Shown here piece after piece: positions 39,012 to 51,730 of a DNA stretch of 64,000 nucleotides (positions are counted from its first letter, which is position 1; the number at the start of each line of letters is the position of its first letter). Made by a program: the position numbers and the translations under genes. The stretch spans positions 21,142,001 through 21,206,000 of the forward strand of contig NC_042997.1 in assembly GCF_006345805.1 (NCBI RefSeq), written 5' to 3'. Source of the DNA: Octopus sinensis (lineage: Eukaryota). The notes beneath the pieces were generated by a model that was given only the letters and a program-made list of their open reading frames with translations, did not search any database and had not been told where the DNA came from.

Positions 39012-40286
39012 CAGGATGTCCCAAAAGGGTTCACTCAGGTAATATATCTACATTTTACATAATGATTTACGTATGTCTTTTGTTCATGTATCTACTGTTT
39101 TGTTCGTCTATAACAAGTTTTCAAACAAACATGGCGTCGAAAGCAAAACCTGACCAGATTGTCGCTTTGAAAACAGTTGGTGTGAGCAATAAGAACAAAA
39201 CAAAACAGTTGTGTGTGTGTGTGGTGTGTGTGTGTGTATGCGTGCGCTGTGAAACAGTGTTCTATACATAGAATCGATATATGGAGCCTGCTATATTCTC
39301 TAGCAAGTCAATTCCTGGTAGAAACGATAAATTCGTACCAAACAAACTGTTTAAGCTGTGAAGAAGCGAATGAGTCGAAATCCCCGCAGGAGTGCAAGAA
39401 AAAGTGTAAAAACTCTTGATATTTCGAAATCATCAATGCACATTATTTTTAAGGAGGATTTAAAGCTACCTGCATGTAAAAAACAATCCCGGCAGCTAAT
39501 TTCAGCAGCTTCCAGGAAGAAACGGTTCGGCAGGGGTTAGCTGGGATGAAACGCGTCGCTAACAAAGTGTTGATCTGGTCCGAGGAGAAGATCTGCATCA
39601 TGGAGGCAGTTACAACAGCCCAACAGCCAGAATGACAAGCTTTATATACGTAATGTAGGAGACTTGTCCGAAGGTAGCAGGAGTCATTTACACTGTCAGA
39701 AGCCAGCTTCACTTATTGTGCAGGCGGTAATTGCATCTGATTGGTCTAAGTCTAGCTTGATCTTCATCGATGCTGGCGTGAAAATCAACAGTGAAGTTTA
39801 TTTGGAAAAGTGGGATGAGAAAATGTTACCTTGGGTTATAGAAACTTTTGGTTACCGTTGCATCTTCACTCAAGACGGGGCTCCCGCTCATACACAGAGG
39901 TGGTGCATAGTGCACTTTAGCGGTTTTTGGGACAAAACGATATGACCTCACTTAAGTCCAGACATCAGTCCCATGGACTTTGCTATCTGGTCCATCTTAG
40001 AGAATATTGTTTCTGCTCGCTCCTATTCAAATGTGCCAGATCTGAAGGAAGCCCTTCTGTCTTCATGGGTCAAGTTGAATGAAGAGGTGATACGGCGATG
40101 ATGCAACTCACTGACCGCTCATTTTCAGGCTATGATCAAGGCGAAAGTTGGCCGTTTTCAAATGTAACTACTGCAATAGATTTACAGTTTACATTAAAAC
40201 GTGTTTGCCAAATTTCATTATCCTACCTTAATTTTAGTTTGAGTAATTAAGAAATATCAATGGGTAAATCTTTCTGAGACTTCCTG
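39012..40286 (+). mobile_element. Near full-length maT (DD37D-like) Tc1/mariner transposon, decayed
   Basis: TIRs (TA)CAGGATGTCCCAAAAG / (TA)CAGGAAGTCTCAGAAAG; RNPRRSARK, LIFIDAGVKINSEVY, FTQDGAPAH, SPDISPMDFAIWSILE. Family assignment rests on motif style, not a counted spacing. Confidence 0.85.
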
Positions 40287-40921
40287 TATGTTCCTGAATG
40301 AAAATACGTGAGATGGCAAGAGACTGTAAATCAAAGGAAGAAGGATAATGAAAAGTACGTAAAAATATCGAGATCTCGTGGAACTGAAAGAGCACACGAA
40401 GAAATTATACAGAGTTGTTCATGCCTCTATTTACTCACGTGTTAGTTCCGATGAAGCAGAAGTATGATCGAACACATTCTAGCCGTATCCATTTGATATT
40501 TTATGCAATCTTCCGTCCAGTTCTGTAATATTGTAGGTTGTATTTAGAACGAAATATGGTAGATATGGTGCTTTAATATTTATTGTATTAAAGTCTTTTT
40601 TTTTTACTATAAAAACAGTAAAACGGTCAGTAGATGAACTTCGAATTTTACAAACCTTGAACATTAACGGTTACACCTCCCACCTTATTAGACAGTTAAA
40701 TCGATAGTTCATTATACATATGTGCGTGTGTGTGCATGCGTGTGTGTATGCAAGTATGCATGTAATACATAGATTGCTAGATAGACATACACCCAAGCAT
40801 ACAACGCATGCACGCGCACACGCACACATTCACGCACACATACAAACATATATATACATACATACACACATACATACATACATACATACATACATACATA
40901 CATACTTACATACATAAATAC

Positions 40922-41000
<79 letters not shown>

Positions 41001-41690
41001 TATATATACACACACACATATTCAAGTTGGTTTCTCTGTTCAGTTTAATCAGATCAGTTATACGATGTTTTTTTTTTATTTCTGTAATATTTTATTTCTC
41101 TTTGAACCTATTGATGTCAATATGTTTTATATAATTTTTCTGAATTTTATCGTTAATATACCCAATACAACACTTGAGACATTCTATATAACTTTCGAAA
41201 CACGTGTTAACACTAGAGACCTCTCAGCTTTGATCGAACACATTTTTTAATCAATATCCATATTATAATAAAACTTCTCCGATAATATATGTATTTATTT
41301 GTTATATCATTTTAATATTTAGCTGACTTTTTAAATTGCCTATCGCTATATTCTTTTGTATCTATGAATGTTCACACATAGAACTGCTCACGTATACGCA
41401 CGCATACCGGCATATCAGCATCAGATTTAGGCACAAGCTAAATAACTTACTGCTTAGAGTTTCACAGTCGGTATTGGCCTCAAACTAATCTACTCCCACG
41501 CACTCATGCAAGCATATACTCTCTCACTCAAACACACATACACGTATATGTGTGTGTGTGTGTTAACATTTCTTATCCGGATCTTCCTAATCTTGTATAA
41601 GAATTTCATGAGTTACAAGATGATCGAAGTTTTTAGCATGTTACTTTAGCAGTAAAAGATTTACACATTTTCATTTTACCTATGGAGTCA

Positions 41691-41888
41691 GGCGGCAAGC
41701 TGGCAGAATCGTTAGCATACCAGACAAAATACATAGCGTCATTTCGGCTGTCTTTACGTTCTGAGTTCAAATTCCACCACAGTTAACTGCCTTTCATCCT
41801 TTCGGGATAAAATAAGTGCCAGTTGAGTCACGGGGTCGATGTAATTGACTTACCCCATTCCCAAAATAGCTGGTCTTGTGCGAAAATT
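41691..41888 (+). mobile_element. tRNA-SINE variant (same head, different tail)
   Basis: ggcggcaagctggcagaatcgttagc...gagttcaaattcc...gcctttcatcctttcgg...ggggtcgatgtaattgact. Confidence 0.8.
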
Positions 41889-42012
41889 TGAAAGCCATTT
41901 TAATTATGGGATTACCTCTTTTCTGTTTTTTTTTAAATTTTAACGGGGCAATTCAATGGAGGAAATGTTTGTATAACATTGCAAGCCCTTGCTGAATGAA
42001 GCGTTTGGTACC

Positions 42013-42243
42013 TATTTCTTTATTACCCACAAGGGGCTAAACCTAGAGGCGACAAACAAGGACAGACATAGGTATTAAGTCGATTACATCAACCCTAGTG
42101 CGTATCTGGTAGTTAATTTATCGACCCCGAAAGGATGAAAGGCAAAGTCGACCTCGGCGGAATTTGAACTCACAACGTAACGACAGACGAAATACGGCTA
42201 CGCATTTCGCCCGGCGTGCTAACGTTTCTGCCAGCTCGCCGCC
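42013..42243 (-). mobile_element. Full-length young tRNA-SINE monomer with an 18-bp TSD
   Basis: TSD aatgaag(c/a)gtttggtacc at 41995 and 42246. The central gcctttcatcctttcggggtcgataaat segment resembles the MetaSINE-type domain (from recall). Confidence 0.92.
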
Positions 42244-43854
42244 TTAATGAAGAGTTTGGTACCGTGACTACTCAGCCTTGACAGCTAAAGGAGAACTGTG
42301 GCCGAGAAGAGATCAGGAGGTCTGATTAGAATAATAACTAGCGTGTCTTAATGAAAGAGTTACAGAATACAAGCTACACGTACTTAACGGAAGGGAAAAC
42401 ATATAAAAAAAAAGGGATACGAAAATATGAAATGATTCTATAGTATCAAACTAAATCGAAATTAATGGAAATATCGTTAATGTAAGGAACAGAGATCGAA
42501 CTTTCCATGAGTATTTTAAGAAATAAATGATGGGCGTTAAAGCAATATTTTGTTATTGATTTTATTAATGTGTTCTATTTTACGCTCCACTGCTACTGCT
42601 ACCATGTGATTTGTTGCAATTGGTTCTCCTCCTGCAACTACATCAATGCACGAATTTCAACGTGGCTTCTTTACTTCCTAAAAATAGCAACCACATTTCT
42701 CTCATAACTCTCAACGTATGTTCTTTAAGAAAGGAAAAGACTCATTAGATAGTGCAGCGCTAGTTACTTCAGAGAAAACGGTATATGTCTACTCGGTTAG
42801 AGTTTACCTGATGCAAACATCAGCAACTAAAACAATAACCAGTACTGTGAAATAACAAAGAAGCCTCCAAGCGGCTTTGAACTGCTAGAAAAATTATGAT
42901 GGGCAATTTAGTTTTAGTTATAATAAAGACGAGATACTCATAGCTGAAATGTAATTGACCATAGGCCTACTAGATCCCAGCTAACCTATGGCTAAACAAC
43001 AGCCATTATAGTTTCAGCCAATGAGAGAGCCCCAATGTAGTCACACTCGAGTGGTTAGAAATAACAGCCAAATCTCCGTCAACTCATACCCTACTGTCTT
43101 ACAAAGGAATATATTTAATCAAATTATCCTATATACATTATATCTACAAATAGGATGCATGACCATGGCTGGAGTCCCTTTATTCATAGATCTGCTTGTT
43201 AAGGGCTGCCTTAGCGCTAAATATCACTGATAACTATAACCATCAACATGAAATATTATGAGTCAAAAAAGAACGATTTTATGTCGTAACTTGTCCTGTT
43301 AAAAACAGTAGCCACTTCTCGCTCAATCACAAGCTTTATTAAACGAAGTCACATTAGTTTATGCAGTCGTACATAGCTATGGAAGAAAGGAAGGTCACGG
43401 CAGGAATGCCTTTGGTCGCATGTCTACTTGATGAGAATTAAAACAACAAAAGCCTGTTGCTACTACTAGAAATGTTAATGTTTCGACAGCTGCGACTACT
43501 GCTAATTCTGCTACAAATTTCGCTGTCACAAAATCTGCTGCATCTTCTGTAACTGCTGCTGACACATTTGTATCGCGATTACAACTACTACTGCTATATT
43601 TTGTTGCTCTGCTGCCATATTCTCTATTCCTGTTGTTATTAATACATATACTGCTGCTACACTGCAAACCAACAAAGAAACTTCTATGTAGTCGCTCGAC
43701 CTGTTAGAAATAATAGTCAAAACTTCTCTCAAATAACATACTAAAACAGTAAAAAGGGAGGACATGTTGGATATTTTTTTCAAAGATACACAAAGCATGA
43801 AATGGTCAAAGTTGTAATGCCTTTGATCAGAGATCATAACTCAAGAAGTAGCGA

Positions 43855-44010
43855 ACTTCGAAGTGGTGACAAATTTGGCAGCGTCGTTACAGCATCGGAC
43901 AACATGCCTTATGATAGTTATTCCAGTGCTTTGCGCTCTGTATTCGAATCCTATCGATGTCAGCTTTGCCTTTCCTCTTTTGGGGTTGATAAACAAAGCA
44001 CCTGTCTGGG
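43855..44010 (+). mobile_element. Highly diverged copy of the same SINE family
   Basis: Remnant ttcgaatcc...ctttgcctttcctc..ggggttgataaa. Confidence 0.5.
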
Positions 44011-44172
44011 GTAGTTGACCGACAAAGAGGTTAAAACATCGTAGGATATGCCTCTAAGTTCTGAGTTCAAATTTAGACATGGCTTACATCCGTCGCTCAG
44101 TTTACAGTTAGCCTGTGGCCGTTAGGTATCTTTAGAGAAGTCGGGTTTGTCTCTAATTTGAAGATAATTTCT

Positions 44173-44468
44173 TATTTCTTTATTACCCACAAGGGGCTAA
44201 ACATAGAGGGGACAAACAAGGACAGACAAATTTGAACTCAGAATGTAAAGACAGACGAAATACCTATTTCTTTACTACCCACAATGGGCTAAACACAGAG
44301 GGGACAAACAAGGACAGACAAAGGGATTAAGTCGATTACATCGACCCCAGTGCGTAACTGGTACTTATTTAATCGACCTCGAAAGGATGAAAGGCAAAGT
44401 CAACCTCGGCGGAATTTGAACTCAGAACTAGCAGCAGACGAAATACCGCTAAGCATTTCGTCTGGCGT
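44173..44468 (-). mobile_element. SINE dimer (second unit internally deleted) with a 17-bp TSD
   Basis: TSD tttgaagataatttctt at 44157 and 44468; unit junction aaagaaatag|gtatttcgtctg, the same as in the 32367 trimer. Confidence 0.88.
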
Positions 44469-46399
44469 TTGAAGATAATTTCTTTCTACTAGTCGCAGTA
44501 CCCCTACAAAGCGTCATGGGCACTGATTTCTTCAGGCTAAATGATAAAAAATAAAATCTATTCGATCAAGCATGACCCGAGGATAAAATAATTGTCTACA
44601 GCTATTACTAATAAAATGCAGTTGATGCATAACTGTAGATATGGCCCCATAACTCAAGTTACTACAATTTTTCCTAGCTGATTTTCTTGAAGTCGGTTCA
44701 TCAAACATATGTAAGATATTGAGGTATGATATCCTCGATGTACTGAAGTTTAACAATTTCATTTTCGTTTCTTATTTGATATAATGCAATATTGCATTGT
44801 ATATCTGTCTTAACTCACATCACTCCGAAGTCTTTATTCTCGATACATTTAATGTTCACGACTTTTCTTCTATTTTATACTGAAGTGAAACTGATGGTGC
44901 AGAAGAAAGCAAATGATTAACCATTTTAAAGTGTCAATATCAGTTAGCATTCTCCTATACCATTATACTTAGCCAACATACAGACCCTCTGAATATTGTT
45001 ACTCAGAATTTTCGTCTTTCGCTACCCAATCATCTCTTCACTACCTAAGAAAACCAACCTACATCACACTTTCTTATCGTTCAACAACTCTTGTTCCAGA
45101 GCCCCCACGAACACATCATCTTGTACAAATTAGTAAGATAGCTCATAAAATTCTCCTGAATATGCTATCCTCCGTTGTTTTGACATAAGCAAAACCACTA
45201 AAAAGACCCTGTCATGAAAAGAAAATCATTAGCCCTTACTTTACTTCAACAGCTGTAAGACGATGATCAGGAACGGAAAGTATCACTTCTGAAATCAACT
45301 GGAAAATTCATGTTAAACCTTCTGGCAAGAGAATCTCAACTCCGCTTGTAGAATCTTTATATCCAGTACGCTTCAATGAAGGTGGATTATAAAACTCCTG
45401 CAGTTAAAGTAATTGTATTTGCTGCTCTTCTCTTAGTCATTTCTATACAAACTATATTCAACAAAACCATTTCCAGATTGTTTAACTTTATTCAGTGTGT
45501 CTTACTACGCGTGCTATACATCCAGACAACCCATACGACCTCTAAGAGGAAACGTACGACTAATTAGTAAATACTTACTGATGCTACTTATTGTGACTCA
45601 ACAAATACTTAGAGAAGCTATAACTATTTGCTGGAGTATTGCTCATTTCTGCCGTTTCTACCGATACTAGCATAGCCTCTACTCTTCTAAACTATCAATC
45701 TGGATATACTTTTCTCCAACTAACCTAATGTATACGTCGCTCTTCTTTTCTTCCTTACAAAAGTACAAGAGTCCTCACTAAACAGTTTCCACAAATAATT
45801 TCCCAGAGCATGCAGCATTCTTGAATTCCTTCCCCACTCAATTTCTCCACGAATGTCCTACACTCTTTCAGACAGAAAAGTAACCACATCGATGTCACCG
45901 ATTTGCGAGAGCCAATACAAATACTGGATGATGCCTTCTTTCTTCCGAATAAGATGTGTGTGCTTCAACGTACTTATAGAAAAATTATTTCCAGTATTGC
46001 TTACAAATGCAGTTTACTTTAATGCTTGGACTGAATACAATATGTATATACTTCGAGTGGCGCTAATTTCTAAATCAAGATTTTAAGAATAATGAGTTGG
46101 CGATATCGTGTTCGGTATCAGGGTATCTAATTTAGAATTCCAAGAGTTGGTATAGTCCTTTATCTTGTGAGCAAGTAATGTAATTGATGCTATTCGATGT
46201 CTCATATATATTAGGTCTCGTGTAAAATGATATTTTATGACAAGTTAAGAATACGTGATACTATTTGTTTACATGCTACTCTTATAAGTATCTAATTATA
46301 TTGAAGATATATTTGAGACATGATGTGAAAACAAGAAACATTAAAAAATAAGTAAGAAAATGATATAAGCACAATGAAAATATATTTATATAAAACAAA

Positions 46400-46560
46400 G
46401 ACGGCCGAGACCGTATTCAGAAAAGAGTCACACAATTGATTCGCGTAAAGTCGTTCACAGACGTGCTCCAGCCTCTGTATCACAGGCGTTCAGTTTCATT
46501 TCTCTGTTTTTTTTTTATCGCTACACAAATAGACTTTGATCTTTAGATCTAACTGGGGTC
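46400..46560 (+). mobile_element. CR1/L2-group LINE 3' fragment
   Basis: DRIQKRVTQLIRVKSFTD.LQPLYHRRSVS....FYRY. Confidence 0.65.
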
Positions 46561-46591
46561 ATACCACTGCCACTCAGGAGGCATTCCCTAC

Positions 46592-46811
46592 TTAGTCATC
46601 TCTCTTGTTCTCGTTACTTTTGTTGAATCTAACTTCCTAGACATTTCACTAATTATCATGTCCAGTCTTTGCTTCTCATAACATCGGTTCTCTGGAATTT
46701 TCTCTCTGTTTATATCTTTTCTGCAAGTGTTTATCGTGTATAGGTTCATGAGGAACATTAATGGCATAAATGATATAAACACAATGTGAATACCATAGAA
46801 ACTGCCCGTTC
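46592..46811 (-). CDS. Candidate exon (TGSFYGIHIVFISFMPLMFLMNLY...MSRKLDSTK), possibly containing the start codon
   Basis: Strong acceptor ttatttttacttgctgtgtctacag, one long open frame, possible donors at 46617 (gtaacg) or 46591 (gtaggg). Confidence 0.35.
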
Positions 46812-47325
46812 CTGTAGACACAGCAAGTAAAAATAATACATATTAAATACAATTTCCTTTTCTTTTCTATGTAATAAAGTGGGTTCTTCACATTTGGTTA
46901 AATAGCTTCAATAAGTTACGGAGGTAATATGGAAAATTATCTGCTTGTTTTAAAAACTTTAGTGTATACATATATCATTCGTAAATAAATTTATATTTTT
47001 TTAAAATGTCAAAAATTTATAGACTAGAAAAGACATCTCATTTCCTTTGTTTAAATGTTTCTTACCAAAGCAGATTATTAACTTCTCAATTATAAAAGAT
47101 AATTGTAGGAAAAGAAAACCTTGAATTTTTTAAATACCACATAAAATCGCTCAACCTTGTCATCCTCCATCGTTAAATGTCGATATAAGATAACAATTTT
47201 GTCATAATTTTTAAAGGAGTGACAATCTTAACTTCCAGGTAATAGTAGATGAAAAGGGCGATTGGTTAGTCGTATATTAGCGTAGAAAGTCAGTGATAGA
47301 AATTTGCTGCTGAATAATCTATATA

Positions 47326-48666
47326 CAGAGTGGCTCAAAAGTAGGTTTACAGTTATCACGCAGTTACATTCAATTTCATTTAAAACATTTTATTACATTT
47401 AAATTTATATCTTACAATCATATTGTTCATACACATCTTAAACAGACAATGTTTAACCTCTCAGATGTTCAAAATGTCCTCCTTCAATATTGCAACATTC
47501 TTCAAACCTCTTCAGAACACTCTGACACACAATGCGGCACAAATACCGATCTCCATCAATTTCAGTGAATTCGGCAGAAATGTAATCCTTTAATTCATTT
47601 ACTGTTTTGGGATTCTTCTCATAAATCTTGCTCTTTATAACATCTCAAAAAAAAAAAGAAATCCATTAATATCAGGTCATGTGAACGTGGTGGCCATTCG
47701 ATGCTGCCCCGTCTTCAAAACCAGCGCTGTGGAAAGGCTTAATGTCAACGCATAATGTGGAGGTGCTCCATCTTGCTGAAAGTTAGCTTTGTTCTGAGTT
47801 GTGGTACTACAACGTCACGAAGCATTTACATGTAGTTCTCTCCATTTAGTTCTATCAAAGAAAACGGGTCCATAATACCTTCTGTTGAAAGTGCACCCCA
47901 AGCTGTAATGTTAAACTGGTTAGGTTGAGAGTCTATGGTCAAATGGGATTGCCATCAGCCCAGCACACGCAATTATGCCTATTTACATGATCGGATAATT
48001 TGAAGCAAGCCTCATCTGACCTGATGATTTTATTCAGATAGTATGGTTGCTCATTAGCAATTTGGTCACGCATTATTTCGCAGAATTCCAGCCGGCGATC
48101 TGGGTCGTCCCCACCAAAACCTTGTACCAGTCGTGGACGGAAAGGTTTTAATTCCAGCTTATGCATTAGGTGCTGCAATGATGTTCATGGTATGGATAGT
48201 TCTAGAGAAGCACATCGTGTGGACTTCGTTGGACAGTTCACAAATGTCATAGCCACAAGCATCTCATATTTTACAGTCACAGAAATCTTAGGGCGTCCAA
48301 ACTTTGGTGCATTTCTCACTGAACCTGTGGTATTAAATTTATTTATTATCCGATAAATTGTTTGGTGTGAAGGTGGAGGATTATGAAAGGCTTCTTGCTA
48401 TGCTGTACGCACCTGCTCGGCATTTTCAAATTCCAATACTGCTTTAGTATCCACTTTCTTTGCTCTTGATATAAATTGCTTGCTATGGCTCACACTTTAA
48501 AGTATCTTTAAAAAAAGTTCCAACTAAAAGAGTGAGCTTGACAAAGTTAACTAAATTAGCATAGAATAATGGTTTCATATTTTTTTATAATTAAGATCTA
48601 AACTGTTAATATATGAATGCGAAAGCGATAGTTGAATAACTGTAAGCCTTCTTTTGGGCCACCAAG
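47326..48666 (-). mobile_element. Tc1/mariner transposon, rosa/DD41D-like, decayed
   Basis: ~30-bp TIRs (TA)CAGAGTGGCTCAAAAGTAGGTTTACAGTT / (TA)CTTGGTGGCCCAAAAGAAGGCTTACAGTT; RRLEFCE, IIRSDEACFKL..VNRHNC..W, FQQDGAPPH, EWPPRS.DL..MDF. Confidence 0.87.
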
Positions 48667-48671
48667 TATAT

Positions 48672-49020
48672 TAAACTGAGAATGTGTGTCTGTCTGTCTG
48701 TATGTGTGAATCACTATCAGTAAAACTCGAGAACTATCCAACCGATTTAATTCAAATTTTACACATGCATTACTTAGTTTCCATTGAGTGTCATGGGCCA
48801 AAATAATTTTCAACTTCTTGCGTAATGCGGACTCGGCCAACCTTTTAAACACTGGTTCGGCACTACGTGTCAAAAGTGAAACAATAACATCTATATTGTA
48901 ATGTGGTATAATAGTTTCGTTTTTATTCTATCACTTTTAATTCTAATGTGATAACACTAAGATCTTATTTTACACATTTACCGTTCAGTTACCAGTTAAT
49001 AATTATCGTAGCGACGGGTG
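48672..49020 (+). mobile_element. Helentron-associated (HINE/DINE-like) non-autonomous element
   Basis: (GTCT)n near the start, ccgatttaattcaaattt core, and a cgtagcgacgggt hairpin-like end. Confidence 0.55.
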
Positions 49021-49089
49021 AAATACTGCTAAGCATTTCGTCCAGCGTGCAGGCGACTCTACCAACTCGCTGCATAACAATGATGATAA

Positions 49090-49255
49090 TAATAATACAC
49101 ACAATGAGGTAGACAAAAGGTGTAGACTCTGCAATGACAAACTTGAGAGAATTGATCACATTGTTCCCGGTTGCTCAGTCATTGCTCCTACAAAATATAA
49201 AACCTGGCATGATAGTGTTGGCCAATACTTGCCCTGGAGAATTACCATCACTATG
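49090..49255 (+). mobile_element. R4/Dong-like LINE fragment (zinc knuckle)
   Basis: KRCRLCNDKLERIDHIVPGCSVIAPTKYKTWHDSVGQYL.W; preceded by a short (TAA)n run. Confidence 0.8.
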
Positions 49256-49258
49256 TCA

Positions 49259-49895
49259 TAGCACCTTTAGTCACTTTATTGACGATTATTCTTGTGCCTT
49301 TTGGTTGTAAATTGGTAAAATCCACCTTAATAATTTATAATTTTCACTTTTACCATTTACGGAATCAGCCACTGATTTTTCTGGTATTTTCTATAAACTG
49401 ACTAGTTTTAATCTTCAGCAACCTGTATGGGTCACTGATGATGAGTAATCAAGTCCGAAATCATCAATGATCTGGCCTTGTCTCGCTTGCTGTAGGGGTT
49501 TGTCTCCCTTGTCAGTCATTAGGTAAGTGCTTGCCCGTGGCTAAGAGTGGTTTTGACTCATATTTCTTACAATGTTCGTGCTGACTAGCACCCTTAGCCT
49601 CTTTAGAGACGACTAAGGTTGTGCCCTTTGGCTGTAAATTGCGAAAAGCCACCTTAATAATTTATAATTTTCACTTTTACCATTTACGGAATCAGCCAAT
49701 GATTCTTCTGGTATTTTCTATAAACTGACAAGGCGTATTAAGTTTTAACCCTCGGTAACCAAGTAAGGGTCACTAATGAGGATTAATCAGATCCAAAATC
49801 ATCGATGATATGGCTCTGTCTTGCTTGATGTAGGGAGCTTGTCTCCCTTGTCAGTCATTAGATAAGTGCTTACTTGTAACTAAGAGTTGTTTTGA

Positions 49896-49899
<4 letters not shown>
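49259..49899 (+). repeat. Tandem dimer of a ~327-338-bp unit, each copy carrying a type I hammerhead motif
   Basis: Units start at 49259 and 49586; hammerhead motifs at 49429-49478 and 49767-49816. Confidence 0.85.
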
Positions 49900-49948
<49 letters not shown>

Positions 49949-49988
49949 TCAAGTTAGAAAACAGAGAGATCTACAAATTAATTACAAA

Positions 49989-50331
49989 TACAAATTAATT
50001 TATCAATTAACATATTTACCAATAATTGTTTCATTTCACAAACAAAATTAAAATTACAAAACATATAGATATATAATTTTTCATTTTAAATACCTTCTAT
50101 GGAAAATCATCAGAGTGTACAAAGGACCAATACAAGTATTACATTATAACCTGTTTCGACGAATTTTAATGTAATCCTTCTAGTGTCCTTTGTACACCCT
50201 TATGATTTTCCATACAAGAAATTTTAAATGCAACATTATATATATATATATATGTTTTGTAATTTTAATTTTGTATGTGAAGTGAAACAATCGTAGGTGA
50301 ATATGTTAATTAATTAATAAATTAATTTGTA
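49989..50331. repeat. AT-rich fold-back element, ~160-bp arms with a 20-nt spacer
   Basis: 49989-50146 is an imperfect reverse complement of 50167-50331 (e.g. ggaaaatcat.ag.gtgtacaaaggac / gtcctttgtacacccttatgattttcc). Confidence 0.88.
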
Positions 50332-50485
50332 TCCAATACATCTCTTTCTAACTTCGTATTTTACGATATTTTATCAAATATATTCAATGAAGAAATATCT
50401 CTTCAAAATATATTAAGCTAGTGTATCCTGGATAAAAATATCCCTATAAGGTATTTAAATATCCTCATAATGACTACGTATATAT

Positions 50486-50528
<43 letters not shown>

Positions 50529-51249
50529 TATATATATGAGCGCCACGAATCCATTTCCAAGTAAGTTTATCTTCGCTTTTTTTAGTGCAACTCTCTTCTC
50601 TGTGCTCTTTTCGTCCTCCATCCATCCTTCTCTAATTCCCTTTTCTCCCCGAACTCATTCACCGTCTTCTATCTCCCCTATCTCTCACCTCTTTGTATTT
50701 TCTCTCTCTCTCTCTCTCTCTCTCGTTGCTTACATGTGACCATCGTACATCTTTCTTTTTCTCACGTGACCGTCTTTCTTTTCCTACACGGACGTTCAGA
50801 AGGGCGGACGTTTTCTCTCTCTCTTCCATCTTTTCGGTTTTCAAAAAGATGTTCCTCATAGCCTTCAATCTTTTTCTACCGTTCTAGTCTAATGACACTC
50901 CATGTTTGTTTTCGTACGGTTTCCTTGTATGTCTCCACTGTCATATTTTTGTTCCCAACTTTGATCCTCCATAAACCCTAAATTTAATTTTAGAATTCAT
51001 GGAAGCAACTGTCTTTGATGACTCATATTGTGGTTTAATGCTCGAAATGAGGAGTAGATAGACAGCCGGCAACAGATGAAGGGTCCTTTCTCTATGTGTA
51101 GTTGTCCTGTTCTCCATTTTTTTGTCTTTGTTTACGTATTTCATGTTTTTTGAACCGTCGGTGACGTCCTGTACCCATATAGTCATGGATATATATATAT
51201 TATTTATTATTTATTATTTAATTGAACGCCACACATCCATTTCCTAATA

Positions 51250-51490
51250 ACTAGACGGAAACTGAAAGAAGCCCATCGTATATATGTATATATATATATG
51301 TGTGTGTGTGTGCGTGCGTCTATTTATATTTGTGTGCCTATGTTTGTCCCCCACCATCGCTAACAACCGACGCTGGTGTGTTTACGTACCTGTAACTTAG
51401 CGGTTTGGCAAAAGAGCCCGATAGAATAAGTACTAGGCGGTGCTCCATCATGGCCACAGTCAAATGACTGAAACACGTAAAAGAATAAAA
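51250..51490 (+). mobile_element. 5'-truncated CORE-SINE (family of 59095-59475)
   Basis: tagacggaaactgaaagaagccc...ttagcggtttggcaaaag...gatagaataagtact...cagtcaaatgactgaaac. Confidence 0.8.
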
Positions 51491-51589
51491 GTATATATTT
51501 ATTATATATGAATTCAATCACTACTACCATCCACAAGTCACTTTCAGGGCATTTGACCAATTAACATCCTACTACTCTCATGGCACTCT

Positions 51590-51730
51590 TGCATTCTTCT
51601 TCTCCCCTTCTTCCGCCTCCTTCTTCTTCTTCTTCTTCTTCTCCTCCTTCTTCTTCTCCTCCTCCTTCTTCTTCTCCTCCTCCTCCTCCTTCTTCTTCTT
51701 CTTCTTCTTCTTCTTCTTCTTCTTTTCTTC
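51590..51730. repeat. (TTC/TCC)n trinucleotide repeat
   Basis: Directly visible; source of the poly-E/poly-R/poly-S ORFs. Confidence 0.92.

Noticed and set aside
44930-46080. Possible ancient LINE remnant on the minus strand
   Set aside because: No diagnostic motif could be read.
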